Origin: Raillietiella orientalis
Lineage: Eukaryota
Length of the DNA: 64,000 nucleotides
Assembly: GCA_036172245.1 (NCBI GenBank)
Contig: JAYWIR010000024.1
Location: forward strand, 1-64,000
Reading direction: 5' to 3'
Position numbers and translations under genes: made by a program. Shown here piece after piece: positions 51,706 to 64,000 of the stretch. Positions within the stretch are counted from its first letter, which is position 1, and every line of letters begins with the position of its first letter. The notes below the pieces were generated by a model. The model did not search any database, was not told the DNA's origin, and worked only from the letters and a program-made list of their open reading frames with translations.

Positions 51706-52027
51706 TTACTCTTTTTTCCTTTTCTGTGCGCTGTGCGTCTCTGAGCAAGAAGACTTCCAAGTTGAACGCGAACTTGCTGATTGTCCTTTCGGTTTGGATA
51801 AGCAGTTCCTCCGACATGCGACTTGCCCTTTGCAAAGCCTTCGGGGCAGCAGATGAGAGGACGCGTGTGCTTTTGCTGGTACGATGCTCGTGGCCTCGAG
51901 GCACCGTCTCCGTTTTGTGCTGCTCCATTGGATGCCCGCCCGCGCGGGTGCAAACTTCTGACCGCCTGGTGCCTCGTAAGTTAGGCCGCTTTAGCGTAAG
52001 AAAAGAGCCGTTAACGGAATGCTTGTC

Positions 52028-52146
52028 GTTCACGGCCACACCACGCTGAAAGCACCGTCTCTCGTTCGATCGGCGAAGTTAAGCAGCGTCGGGCCCGATC
52101 AGTACTTGGATGGGCGACCGCCTGGGAACCCCGGGTGCCGTGGACC
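52028..52146 (+). rRNA. 5S rRNA gene, copy with different flanks
   Basis: Same 119-nt sequence as copy 1, followed by aatcTTTTT. The flanks differ from those of copy 1. Confidence 0.95.
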
Positions 52147-54167
52147 AATCTTTTTGCGCCCGCGCCTGTCCAGAAAATTCCCACTTGTCGTAACCAACCC
52201 ACGATTTTTTGCACACTTTTCCTTTCATACTTTCGTTGTGCTCTTCTGTGCACTGATTCTTGACTTCTCAACTTTTCGTAGTCTCTCTAGAAAACCTGCC
52301 ACCCCTCTTCCGTTTCGAAATTCAAATGTCTTCTTGGGCAGAGTGATGGTGGAAGCTCTTTTTCTGCTCCTCGTTTAGCGCTGCCTTTGAGTCCTCCTGT
52401 CATTCGTCCTTGAATCCGTCCGCTGTCTGTCTCCAAGGATGCTGCGGGTGCTGTTCCTCTGCGTGCAAAGCCACGTGGAAATTGGCATGGAAAGCACAAC
52501 TCCAATGGAGCTTTTCGAGCCGCTTGCCACCGTGGCAACCAACGGTTTCACTCCATGGAAATGCATTTAGAAATCTTCCATTGTAACTTTTAACCAGGAA
52601 ATAGTTTCACAGTGACTATGATGATCATCCCGTAAATTGGCGGGAGCGGAGCGCATCCAACGCCGGTTCAAAGAAGGGAACGCCCGAAGCCAAAGACCCC
52701 AACCCTGCTCCCCCCCGCATTTGTGTTTTTTTGTTTAATATTTCTTATATATTTATTGGTGGTCCCCTCCATGCGTTTCGGACTTTCGGTGTTACCGATC
52801 TGCGTGTTGGGGAGCCCTTTCTTCGTATTTCTGTGTTCTTTGTCTGGGAACTTTGTTCTCGGACATCTTAGAAAGAAAAGTCCCGGCCCACGCGGGTGAA
52901 AAAGAGCTTGTCGCGATGTAGCCGCTGAATCGCCCGGAGTCCTTCACATGCTGTGTGCCAGCAACTTGTGATTCTCCTACAGAGCTGCAGGACGGTGACT
53001 TCCTCTCGTGTCTTACCGGCGCTGCTCAGCCGAAAGCAGCACGCGAATCCCGACATGAATGCTGAGAAGGTGGCGATGCTGCTTCCACGTCCTCCTCGGA
53101 CAGGTTGCATCTCGGGAGTCGGGGAATAAACTCATCAGTTGCGGTCCTCTCCTTCCCATTCCTTCTGTCGGGTTAAAGAGGACTCCTCGACCTTGTTGAC
53201 GTGCGACGTCAGGCGCTCGAGGGCCTCCCTCAGCGGGCCGATGCTCTTGGAGTTGGTGCCCTCGGCGACCTCGCCTGACACCTCTCCGAGACGCAGTGCC
53301 AACTGACGGAACTGACGAGCTGCTGCAATGTCTCCCTGGGCATCGCGGGCCGCCGCCGCCCGACGACCACAGCAGCAGACGACTGCTGCTGCGCTGCCAC
53401 ACGACAGAAGCACCCCGGTTCCTGCCACCGCCGCCGAGCTGTCACGCCTCCGGGCGGCAAGGAAAAGCCTGCAGGAGAAGCAGCAGCAACTGGACCGCCA
53501 CCTGGAGTCGCTGTGTTTCAGCGCGGTGGTGGCCGACACCCTCTCCAGGACTCTCGACGCCCAGCTGGGGATGGTCTTCTTAGGCGAGCAGCCCGTCGTC
53601 CCGCTCTCATCGCATCCGGACGATGGCTCATCTCCTTCTGGAGATGTCCCATCGTCCTTTTTCACAATCGTATTATTTTTGATATAGAATTCGAGGAATC
53701 TCATTTGAATTTTTTTTCACCCATCTCAGTACAAACATCTCAGACGACAGTGTGAAAGAGCACATGACTCAAAAGCTACAAAAGCAAAAGCATGAAATAA
53801 TAGGCTTCTTAACCTCCGTGTGCTTTGCTGTTCAGTGCTTATCCCATGTATAAAAAAACTTTGCTCATTGCTAAATTCCTTTCACCCATATGTCTTATTA
53901 TTAAGGACGAATGACAGGAGGACTCAAAGGCAGCGCTAAACGAGGAGCAGAAAAAGAGCTTCCACCATCACTCTGCGCAAGAAGACATTTGAATTTCGAA
54001 ACGGAAGAGGGGTGGCAGGTTTTCTAGAGAGACTACGAAAAGTTGAGAAGTCAAGAATCAGTGCACAGAAGAGCACAACGAAAGTATGAAAGGAAAAGTG
54101 TGCAAAAAATCGTGGGTTGGTTACGACAAGTGGGAATTTTCTGGACAGGCGCGGGCGTAAAAAGATT

Positions 54168-54286
54168 GGTCCACGGCACCCGGGGTTCCCAGGCGGTCGC
54201 CCATCCAAGTACTGATCGGGCCCGACGCTGCTTAACTTCGCCGATCGAACGAGAGACGGTGCTTTCAGCGTGGTGTGGCCGTGGAC
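54168..54286 (-). rRNA. 5S rRNA gene, mirror of 52028-52146 (5' end GTCCAC instead of GTTCAC)
   Basis: Reverse complement of the 52028 copy with one 5' substitution that perfects stem I. Confidence 0.93.
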
Positions 54287-54608
54287 GACAAGCATTCCGT
54301 TAACGGCTCTTTTCTTACGCTAAAGCGGCCTAACTTACGAGGCACCAGGCGGTCAGAAGTTTGCACCCGCGCGGGCGGGCATCCAATGGAGCAGCACAAA
54401 ACGGAGACGGTGCCTCGAGGCCACGAGCATCGTACCAGCAAAAGCACACGCGTCCTCTCATCTGCTGCCCCGAAGGCTTTGCAAAGGGCAAGTCGCATGT
54501 CGGAGGAACTGCTTATCCAAACCGAAAGGACAATCAGCAAGTTCGCGTTCAACTTGGAAGTCTTCTTGCTCAGAGACGCACAGCGCACAGAAAAGGAAAA
54601 AAGAGTAA

Positions 54609-54728
54609 GGTCACGGCGCCCGGAGTTAGCAGGCGTACGCCCATCCAAGTACTAACCGCACCCGATGTTGCTTAACTTCGCCGATCGGAAGAGAGAGACG
54701 ATGCTTTCAGAGAGACGTGGCCGTCCAC
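54609..54728 (-). pseudogene. Diverged 5S rRNA paralogue or pseudogene, mirror of 51584-51705
   Basis: Reverse complement of the 51584 copy, differing in the 5' third. Confidence 0.8.
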
Positions 54729-55882
54729 AACGGCCGTATCCTTGATGGCGCTCTTTGTTACACTCCCGCAAGGGCGCTCCCCGCCCTCGTGGCAGCGTAT
54801 TCTCCTCCAGTGCGAGTGTTTTGCTTACGCACGTTCGTCCTGCCTTCGGATTCTCTCCGCCGTGGTCCGCTACGCTTCCTCCTGAGCGACGACGACGGCT
54901 CTCGCTGCAGAGTTCCCTCGCACCCTTTGCCGCTCTTTCTGCTCCTCACTCCCTCTTATCCGTCCGGGGGACGACCCACCGTTCAAACTTCCTATCGACC
55001 TCTCACAGTTGTCAACCGAGAGGTGCGTGCAGGCACGTCGTGGTCCCACGCGAGGTTTTCCTTGGTGTTTCCATCTGGTGCACGCCCACCATGCCCCTTC
55101 ATGCTCGCAGCGGGTGAGAGGTCAACCAAGCTCAAGACGGTGGCTTGAAGGTTGTCTCCTGGTCCGCAGTGCGGCCTGCAGATCCGCTGGCATCTCGACA
55201 GGCGTGCAGAGCAACAACCAGAGTCAGAAGGGCATCCGACAGTCAGCTTAGTGCCCTTCCGGTACTCCGGCCTTCCCTCACGGGCCTAGCAGCTGCTCGC
55301 GTCAGCTTAGTGGCTGATTGACCGTTCTCAACAAGTGGAGCACGCGTGGCTTGCCGTACAGAGGAACGCTTCTTCATTGTATAGAACGATGTAAGCCGGT
55401 GTCTTCAAGAGGCATACGAAGATTCTTCGTGGCTGAAGGCAATCTGCCGGGAGTCAGATTCCTCTGACACACGCCCGCACTCCTATCAGACTCCAGTTGC
55501 ATCCTCCCCTCACCTTGCCGAGTGGTCTCCAAGAGCCTCCTGCACATTCCGTTCTACGATCGGCCAAAGCGGACGCACGCGTTTGGCATGAGAGAGAGCA
55601 TGTGAGAGAGCATTCCCTGCTCGATGATCCTCTGCGGCGAGCGAGGGGAGTTCCAGCACTTCCACCGTCGCAGCTGCTACCACTAGAGGAATAACAAGCC
55701 TTCTGTTGGCCAACGAAGCCACCAGGCTCCAGGTGGAACAGTAGCGGAGCAGGGCGAAGGAATGCGATGCAACGAGGAACGCGCGTCAGAAAAGTTCGCA
55801 CTGGAGAAGTGCACGCGGTCGCGGGGCGGGGAGCCACAAAAACACAGAAAGTGTCCCAAAAGTGCTTTGTAGGAAGGCCTCC

Positions 55883-55998
55883 GTTCGGCCACACCACGCT
55901 GAAAGCACCGTCTCTCGTTCGATCGGCAAAGTTAAGCAGCGTCAGGCCTGGTTAGCATTTGGATGGGCGACCGCCTGGAACCCCGGGTGCCGTGGATC
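55883..55998 (+). rRNA. 5S rRNA variant or pseudogene (or low-quality consensus)
   Basis: Same flanks as copy 1 but with small indels and substitutions (gttcggcc start; caggcctggttagcatttgg). Confidence 0.7.
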
Positions 55999-57599
55999 AA
56001 TTCTTTTTGGCCGCGTCTGTCTAGCAGAACGCTTCCGAAAGAGTGGTTGCTCGTTGAAGCTGGTCGCCGTCCTGCATGCAGCGTGGCGCCGCCCCCCCCC
56101 ACTCCTTCTTTTCAGTATCAAGAAGAATCCTAAAGCTGCAACACAGGAAGCGATCGCTAGGAGCTTTGCTCTGTCCCTGCTCCACAAATCCCTGCGATGC
56201 TTCTTGCACTGCCCGGAAACCAGACTTCAAGTTGCGGGAATCCTCCGTCGCATTTAAGCTGGTGCGTCCACTCGACCCAATCACCCACCCTACACCTGAC
56301 CTTCCCTCTACTTAGCTCCCCCCCTCCAAATATGGGTATCCGTTGCGAATCCCCCACCCATCCTTCCCCCATTTCCCATCCCAACACCACCCTCTTCCCG
56401 GAGAACATCCCCGTGGATATGTCTGCAACCTCGAAAGAAGCACGTGTCTCGCAAGCCACACACTTCCCACGCAGCCCAACTTCAAGTCGCAAATTGAGAG
56501 CACCCTTTTCACCTGGTCAGTGCTGTGGTAGGGCGAAATGGAAACAGAATGCACACAACTGCGTGCTCGAATGCTTATGTGGTAGCCATGCGAACGGGAG
56601 TGGTTTATTCCAGGGAAAGAAGAGAACCAGCACAAGATTGTCTCCACTCTGAAACGACGGTGTCATTCCTCGTGGCCACCTCCTTGTCCTCATCACGAAG
56701 GCTCTTTTGAGAATGTCGAGTAACTGCTTGCAGCATCGTTTGCCAAGGATACTCCAGAAGCAGCATCACAAGAGCTCCACATGTCGCAGAAAATCAGGTG
56801 GTGTACTGGTTCTGAAGTGAGGGTTGAGAGGAATTTGGTTCTCCTCTCAACCACCTCGCATGGAGCGTGCTGGTCCGCGGATACGCGAAGTATTCACTTT
56901 TTCATGCTTTTGCAACTTCCGAGAGGAAAGCTTCGTGCACTTTCGTGGTCAAATTCCTTCCCGCCATCCCAGTTCTCTCCTCTGTTTTACATGGGAACAT
57001 CTTCAGCGCAAGGTTTACCCGAGACCAGTTGTGAAGCCAGTGATCCCTTGTGGACACGAATGTCCTTGGCGGGAAATTGCCCAGTGAAGCAGTGGGAGTG
57101 AGCCGAAATCTATCGCCGAGACTAATAGATTGCCCAACACGTAAACGAATCGATGATTCGCAGCTGCGTGTCACAATGACGTCATCTAGGAACTTGCGCT
57201 GTTCCCCCTGACAATTGAAAAGGTAAAAGACCACGATTTCAGACAGTTGCGTGGGCGAGGCTGGAGATACTTTTTCCGGGCACGTTCTGTGAAGGTTCGC
57301 CGGCATCTTCCTTGGAATGACTTCCACCCTCGAATGAGGAAGGAATCGAAGACTCGAAGCCGCTTCTTCGTCAAACAGGGGCATTCGTAGGAATTCCGAT
57401 GCCTCAGTAGTGGAAATGGTGCCTACCTCCCGAAATATTCATGCCGCCGCCCAGCAATAAATTCTATTTCGTAATGGAGATATATCATTGGATTTAAAAT
57501 AATCCGAAAAATACATTTGTTAGAGAGGGAAAACTTAATGAAGAAAGCGTCATCCATAGCCCGGAAAGTAAGCACATTTCAGTGTCGGTTCGCCATTGC

Positions 57600-58800
57600 T
57601 AGGTGACACCTGCGGCCCACGTATTTGCGATCTGCAAACTCACGAGCATAGTGAATGGAAAATCCCGATTGAAGCACACAAATGGAATACTGGGAGCGAA
57701 AGTACGCCGGCAGACATCGGCGCGTGTTATGAAATTCCAGACCATTTCGTGGAGACTCAATTCGTCTTTTTCTACTCTACCTGCTGAGGCACGCTTAGTC
57801 TCACGTTCCTCCAGTGTGAACTTGCCCTCATCCTTCTTTCTAAAAGAAGACCACCACAAGGGATGCTGCGAGAATGGGGGCATTCCCTACCGAAAGCAGA
57901 AGGAAGGGGTCAAGCTGGGCGTTTCAAGGAACTCGTGGTTTCGGATAATCGTTGCGCAGCGCATGCTTTGGTTGCACCTTAAGATGGATGCTCGCCGTGC
58001 GCACTCATGTACCCGTGCATCCGATGGAAGCTTCACATTTGCTACCTTGGAATGGGTTGTAATAAAACTGATCTTCCCATCGGTAGGAGAAAAAATCTAC
58101 TACCAGATTGGGTAGATTGGATTTCCAATCCTTCATGTATGATACGTATGTCATGAATTTCGTGAGCAAGCCAATATACATCACCGTAACGAGGCCTCCT
58201 TACTTGAGCATTGGATCCCATTAAGCTATCTCTGAAATGATCACTTGTAAAACACAAGGGCGACTGTGGTTTCACTTCCAGCAGTCCCTTGTCCATCCCC
58301 GGTCGGTTTAGATGGAACTCGTGGCATCCAAGTGTTAGCTGAATGCATTGGAATGCTCCTCCGTGAGGTGACCGGGATGATCAGGCACAGTTGTCGAAAC
58401 CGCAACACGACCACATCGGTGAAAGTTCCAGGTGTGCCGCATACCGGGATCATGATATCCAGAAGTGCTGCACGAGTCGCAAGCAGCTGGTGCACCAAGA
58501 GCGCACCGATAGCTTAGGAGGTTTACACAGTTCTGAAGCACCAACTCCGTCGATTCCTGACACGCCATTTGCCAGGTCAGTTGGCGACCTTCAATTGGAA
58601 GGTTCCGTACCATTCTTCTGCATCGTCCTTTGCTGTGGATGGAACCAGATCATGCGGTATGCCTCAACCAAGACATCCGTTGACTTCACCCAAGACAAGA
58701 AATTCGCGTGATTTCCACGCGGTTGTAGACGCATTATCGGGACGTGGACTTCGCAGTGGAACCGTTGGAGTTTTGGCACCGCGGCACCCGACACCCTGTT
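57600..58800 (+). mobile_element. Degenerate Ty3/gypsy pol remnant (RNase H end to integrase start)
   Basis: AHVFAICKL...GILGAK...SARVMK (RNase H-like), GMLLR...HTGIMISRSAARV..W (HHCC region), then PSIPDTPFARSVGDL (integrase start). Confidence 0.45.
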
Positions 58801-60079
58801 GCTGCGAAGTCCTTTCACTCACGATGGTTCCATGTCGAAAGGGCATTATCGTGTCCTCATCCTTGGTAGCCATCTAAAGTTTAGATGTGCGACATTTCTA
58901 AATAAAAGTATGAATGCTCGATTGTTACTGATTACTTCCGTTGGACCACTTGTCGGAAAAAACGCTTGAGATGGGAAACGAAATTTTCGGCAGACAGTCT
59001 GCTCGTTAGGAAAGCACAAGAAGTTCTCATTATTCTTTCTTTCTTTATGTTGCATGGGTACGATAACAGTCAGCAGAGACGATCACATGCAGCCCGTGGC
59101 AGCTCTTCTCAGCACGAACATGCGCCCAGGCGCGCCATGCTGGGAATTTGCAAACCCTTTGTGAGTTTCACTGCGGATTTCCCAGGATAAGGCAGCCAAC
59201 GTAGGATGGGGCGCTACTTTGCGGAGGAGAATTTTTGAAGTTGCAGGAAAATGGGCACTGTTTCACGATGCTTCCACAGGGATGCCCAGGATGGTTGCCC
59301 GACGTTCCGGCGTCAAGTGGGTCGACAGGAGTGAACACCCCGTCGAGTAGCACCCAATGTCCTCCATGGTATTTCTTTTACTCATTTCACATGACTTTCT
59401 TATGTTCTTTTTATTCTGTTTTTGCGCCTCTTATCCTCTGCCTTCTTCATAGCGGCCACCAGGAGGACGGATAGCTTGTACTGCAACACGTCCATTTGCT
59501 TCCCCCTTTAAAAGACCAGAGCCAGCCCACGATAGCAGGGGGCGTCGTCTTTACAGATGGCGCATTCCGACGCAGTGCGCAACAGATGCGCGGCTTCCTC
59601 ACGTTCCAAAGATCACGGTGTTTTCGTCACCGGCTTGCAGCATTGCAGCAGCCCTCCATCCCGCGCCCGGTGATGTGCGAGTCTGCTAGCCCTGTGAACA
59701 TCACCTCGACTCCAGGCAACGGACCGCTTCCCCTACAGAGCTTGTACCGTGCCGAAGACGGCAGTCTAAGTCTTCGGTTACCATGGTTGCCTGCAACAGG
59801 TATTGATCGGGACCTGAATCTTTGCAGATGAGTTCGATGTTTACTTCCAGTGGGGAACGAAAGTCCTTCAATCCCCTGCTTTCTGATCTTAAGCTATTGC
59901 AGTTCTCGAGTCGAGTTCTCATGAAGAAAAGCTGGAAAGCTCAAACGGCAAGCACAGGGAAGTCTCCTCCTCCACAAAAAATGCCGCTGCGGCAGCAGTG
60001 ACCAGCGAGGAACCACCGGGAAGCGTGGAAACGCAGGTCATACTTGGACCAGGACTACAAACCCATAGTCTGTTATCAG

Positions 60080-60720
60080 GGAAGTCTCTTCGCCACAGAG
60101 ATGCAACGCGAGAGATGGACAGGGTCGGCGTCCGCGAGTCCTTCATAGTTCTTTGTACTGTACATGGAGGTAGTGAGCGCCTTCGTCAATAAAGAGAGCC
60201 GCCTCAAGGACGTCACCCTTGAGCCTGAAAGAGGAGACTATCACGCACCGGGGGTACACTGACGACCTGCTCTTCGCCATGTCGGATGAGAGGGATCGGG
60301 AGGCGTTCTTGGACATCGTGAGAACCATGAAGTGCAGTCTTGGACTCAAGGTGAATCCCAGCAAGTCCTATCTGCCCGCCGTGGGAATATCGGACGTCTC
60401 CGTCTTCCACTCCCACGGGTTCCAGATCGCGGACCAAGTGAAGTATCTGGCAGTACTGAGGGGCGACGAAACGCCAGTCCTAGAGAAGCAGCAAGAGAGC
60501 AGCATCCTGGCCAAGCTAAGAGAAGAAATCAGCCAGTACTTCGAAGACTTCTTCTCGCAGAAGGAACAAGGCCAACATCTGGAACGTGGTGATGGCGCCG
60601 AAGTTTCTCTCCGCCGTGTCCTTCCTCCCGAATTCCCCAAGGACGACCAAAGAGCTAGCCGCCATCCAGGGCAAGCGCGTCTGGAGAGGTAGAAGGCCAA
60701 AGGGGAAGTCGATTGTGTTC
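60080..60720 (+). mobile_element. RT fragment of an A-family Tx1/L1-like element
   Basis: FVLYMEVVSAF...THRGYTDDLLF...SLGLKVNPSKSYLPAVG...KYLAV aligns with THLAYADDLLF...GLGLKINAQKSQLLPVG...TYLSV of element A. Confidence 0.8.
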
Positions 60721-63700
60721 CTCATGTAGTAGCAACGGAGTAGCATACAAGAATGATAACTTTGCTGTTTGCTGCTGTCTGCCTTTGCTCAATTTTAAAA
60801 AAAGCTAATGCAACCACTGGCATTTTTTGCTGCAAGAAATAAACATGAGTTCAGTTTAGCTCACATTGTTCCCTAAAGAGAAACTCCAGCACCTCTGCTT
60901 CCAATCTTGGTAGCCATGTCATCTAAAGTTCCGAGATAACCCAAAAGTCTTAGCTCAAAAAGAACTCGATGCTTCCATCTAATCGGTAGCAACATGAAAA
61001 TACTTTGACTCATAGCAGCAAGAAACGAGGATGCACAGCAACGGATTTCGGTTCCACCGGATCGCTTGTGACATAACCCTTCTTCAGCATTTTTGTGCAT
61101 TCCTTCTGTGTGCCTGCATCCTTTTTAAACAGATTTCCCGAGATTTGCATCTGCGTTGTATTTTAGAGTTGCACTTGTTGGACCTGGAGGCTAGAGAAGA
61201 CTCTGCTGTTGCTCTGATAGCCACTACTAGAGTTCTGTGTCGACCGAACACTCACTCTTGAAGAAGCTATACGTTGATACAGATGCAGCCAGTGTCCGTA
61301 AATGAACAAGAACTGCAATTGGAATCATTGAGTACGTTCCCAAAGAACTGCATATAATGAAGACTGCATATAATGAAGAGTGCTGTGAGGAGAATTTACT
61401 CATCATGAATAGAGAAATGCTCACTTGTCTTCATCTTTCTGTTGTCTTCATTAGTAAATGGCAGTTTTCTCAACATTATAAGAATTATAGGAGTTCTCCT
61501 CTCTTTTTCTTGGAAAGCAAGCCTTGCTTCGAGAAATGGTTACTGCAAACTGTGACGATGCAATGGCTGCAGGAGTAAACCGTGTGCAGCTTGAATTGCT
61601 ATTCTGAGAAATCGCAAATGGGATGTGGTGCTGCTGGAAACGAAGCAGATCATTCCTTCTGCCTGGACCTTTCGAAATTCAAGAGAACGCGATATCCGAT
61701 GTTATGCAGCTGTCATCACGACGATCCGTGCGAATTTGCGAAAGCTTCATGCAGCTGTAACCATAGAAATTCAAAGTCCACCCTCGTTTTTTCCCACTAG
61801 AGGATAAAACTTGTACAGTAAAAAATCAAAGTTTTGGAAATCATGATCATCGAGTAGTTTTTGAATGTTTCATTTTAAAAATGTGAGTGCGGGGACCATC
61901 ATAACCGCCAACCGAGGAACGCAGCAGTCAACACCATTGTGAAACGTTGCATTGCAAACTGGTCGGCGTGCTACAAGCAGAAATTCTTAGAAAAAGGAGG
62001 CACTGCGTGAATTCGGAACACTCTTCTTTACTGGAATATGTACCTTAATTTTGCAAATGGAGGAGACTTTGAAGGAGATGCAGATGAGACGGTGTCTCGA
62101 GTTGGCAACTAGGAGCTCTTCGTGATGAAGTTCCCGTTTGTAGTGTTTGAAACCATGAGCATATCTGCGGTTCATCTCCAAACCGATCGGATGCGGAAGA
62201 AGATTCAGTTCCGCACATCGAAGTGGCACGCTTGAGCTCTTCAGCTTCTCCCTGACACGGAACAATTTTTGACACGGAACGATTTCCTGACTTTCTCATC
62301 TCGATTATCAAAATGTCTTATCCTACTCAAATGTGGAAGACTCGGATATAGTTGGATCAGAAATCGGAGACGTCATGAGTGATCTTCTACAGAGGTATTC
62401 GCATTCAAGAACAAAAGATAAGTTCGAAATGTTTTTCTTGGAGTAGCTGGAGGTGAGAGAATCCGTGTAGTCTCATCTTGGAAGATGGGAAATCAGCTGC
62501 ATCCAAACAGTGCTACTGTGTTCAAACCGGAATGTCCATTGTATGTGTGTGTGTGTGTGGGGGGGGGGGGCCGCCATACATCTGCATTCGAGAAGACAAG
62601 GGAAAATACCATGCAACAGGGTGAGGTTACTGAATGGACACCACATCAGCAAGAATGTGAAAGCAGAGACCAAGGAAGCCCGCGTTCGCTTCCTTGGTCT
62701 CTGCTTGGAGCAGAGCCTTTTGCATCGTGGTTCTCTTTCCTGATCCTGCTCTCGTGATTCTTGCAGCATCCACAAACTTCATCATGAGGATGGAAAAACT
62801 GCCTTTCTGGGATGGCATCATGCTCGTTCTCGGCAAAGAAAATGTCTCAACCGTGTTGCTTTCACGCCCAACACGGACTGCTTCGTTTTCTTTTCCCTCT
62901 CGGTTCGCTGATTTGCTTCCGTCTCTCTTGACGACTCGGTGCTTCCCTGTACATTTGTGGAAGCTGTTGGGGTAACTGAAAAGCGCTACGCAACTGGGAT
63001 GCAGATGCATCAAAGACTTAATTATTCTGCTCTCGTGAAAAACAGCATCTCGTACCACGGCTGGCAATTTCACTTTGTGGTGACAGTTTCCTGATGATGC
63101 CCTCAGTGGAATAGCCATCTGAAACACGGGCAACGAGAATAACGGTCTCCACACTCTTATTCCCTCGCATTCCAAGCGCAATTCTACACTACCATTTTCC
63201 TGCTATGGTCTTTTCCGGTTCTCGACGCTCACGACCAGCCACTGGGGGTGGAGACGGGAAGGAGGAAACGGATCATTGGGAATGTTCACACCTCACGCAT
63301 CTTGCCGGAAAGTCCGTCCACTCTCTAAAAAGCGCGTTTTGATGACACCGTCCCTCAGACACGAGCATCCCGAGATGCAGGTCTTTGGCAACCGGTTCGC
63401 GTTGATGGCGACGCCGAGTGCTGTCTGTGGAAACGCCAAAGAGAGCTGCCGAGAAGCACGTGCCCAATAGGAATCAGTTTGGAAGAGGACGAGCATGAAT
63501 TTGGATGCGCCGTGCCCGAGTGAGCCCGCTTCCTTCCCCACTTTTCCAGTTACCCTGAGCCCGGAAGAACATTCGAACCTGACTCCATTCCCCCGGGAAC
63601 CATTCTTCTCAGTGCCTTCGGGGGATTCTCCAGCGCGAAGCTGCCGCTGCTCGGGTGGCAGCTGTCACTGTCAGCTGGGAAACGCACCCTCTGCGTTTCC

Positions 63701-64000
63701 TGTTACGAACCGTTGCGCTCTTTCGCCGCAGGGCGATCGCTTCGAGCGTCGTGGAGAACCGAGAACTCAGCAGCAGGCCTCCCTCTTGTTTCCGCAGCGC
63801 GCAGTTCTACGTCAGACTCTCGTGCTATCCTTCTTCAGCTGCAACTGCACCGCTTTGCTGGAGCTGCGGCACGCCCAAGTTCCACCTCTGCGCGGACGTT
63901 CTCTACGCAAGGGGAGCCGGACTGTGTGAGCAACGGGTGGCAGGGAACCCACAAGCAACATGCGCTGCTGCTCTCGGAAGCGGGAGATGCCGTCCGCGGT

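Larger units (their letters stand above)
48709..57592. repeat. Second inverted duplication (palindrome 2): 48709-52411 mirrors 53903-57592; unique spacer 52412-53902
   Basis: Mirror ORFs 52019..52378+ / 53936..54295- and 49200..49520- / 56781..57101+. Inner junction: ...cattcgtcctt (52411) / aaggacgaatg... (53903). Outer junction: agtgtcggttcg (57592). Confidence 0.95.

Noticed and set aside
60750..64000. Short ORFs at the right end as genes or a DNA transposon
   Set aside because: No convincing motifs could be recognised by eye.
1..64000. CRISPR arrays, tRNA genes, prokaryotic defence or retron systems
   Set aside because: None seen. All RT motifs belong to eukaryotic retrotransposons.

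Overview
This is repeat-rich eukaryotic nuclear DNA, probably from an animal (inferred from eukaryotic 5S rRNA genes and Tx1/L1-like, NeSL/R2-like, Tigger/pogo and gypsy remnants). Most of the ORF track is noise or transposon debris. Three features stand out. (1) Architecture: positions 1-51258 form one giant inverted duplication around a ~1.5 kb spacer (23499-25014). It overlaps a second palindrome (48709-57592) with another ~1.5 kb spacer. The arms are mostly identical but have clustered divergent patches and one asymmetric 2.9 kb block. (2) Each arm carries an AT-rich island of bacterial, Mollicutes/Firmicutes-like origin. In it a decayed rplI?-dnaB fragment, with its Shine-Dalgarno still visible, runs into an intact pyrimidine-nucleoside/thymidine phosphorylase gene (pdp). 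This looks like horizontal transfer with selective retention of one enzyme gene, and pdp is the only convincing intact protein-coding gene in the window. (3) There is a dispersed, inverted cluster of 5S rRNA genes: four near-identical copies, one variant, and diverged or scrambled pseudogenes. The sequence alone cannot show whether the palindromes are genomic or partly amplification/assembly fold-backs.
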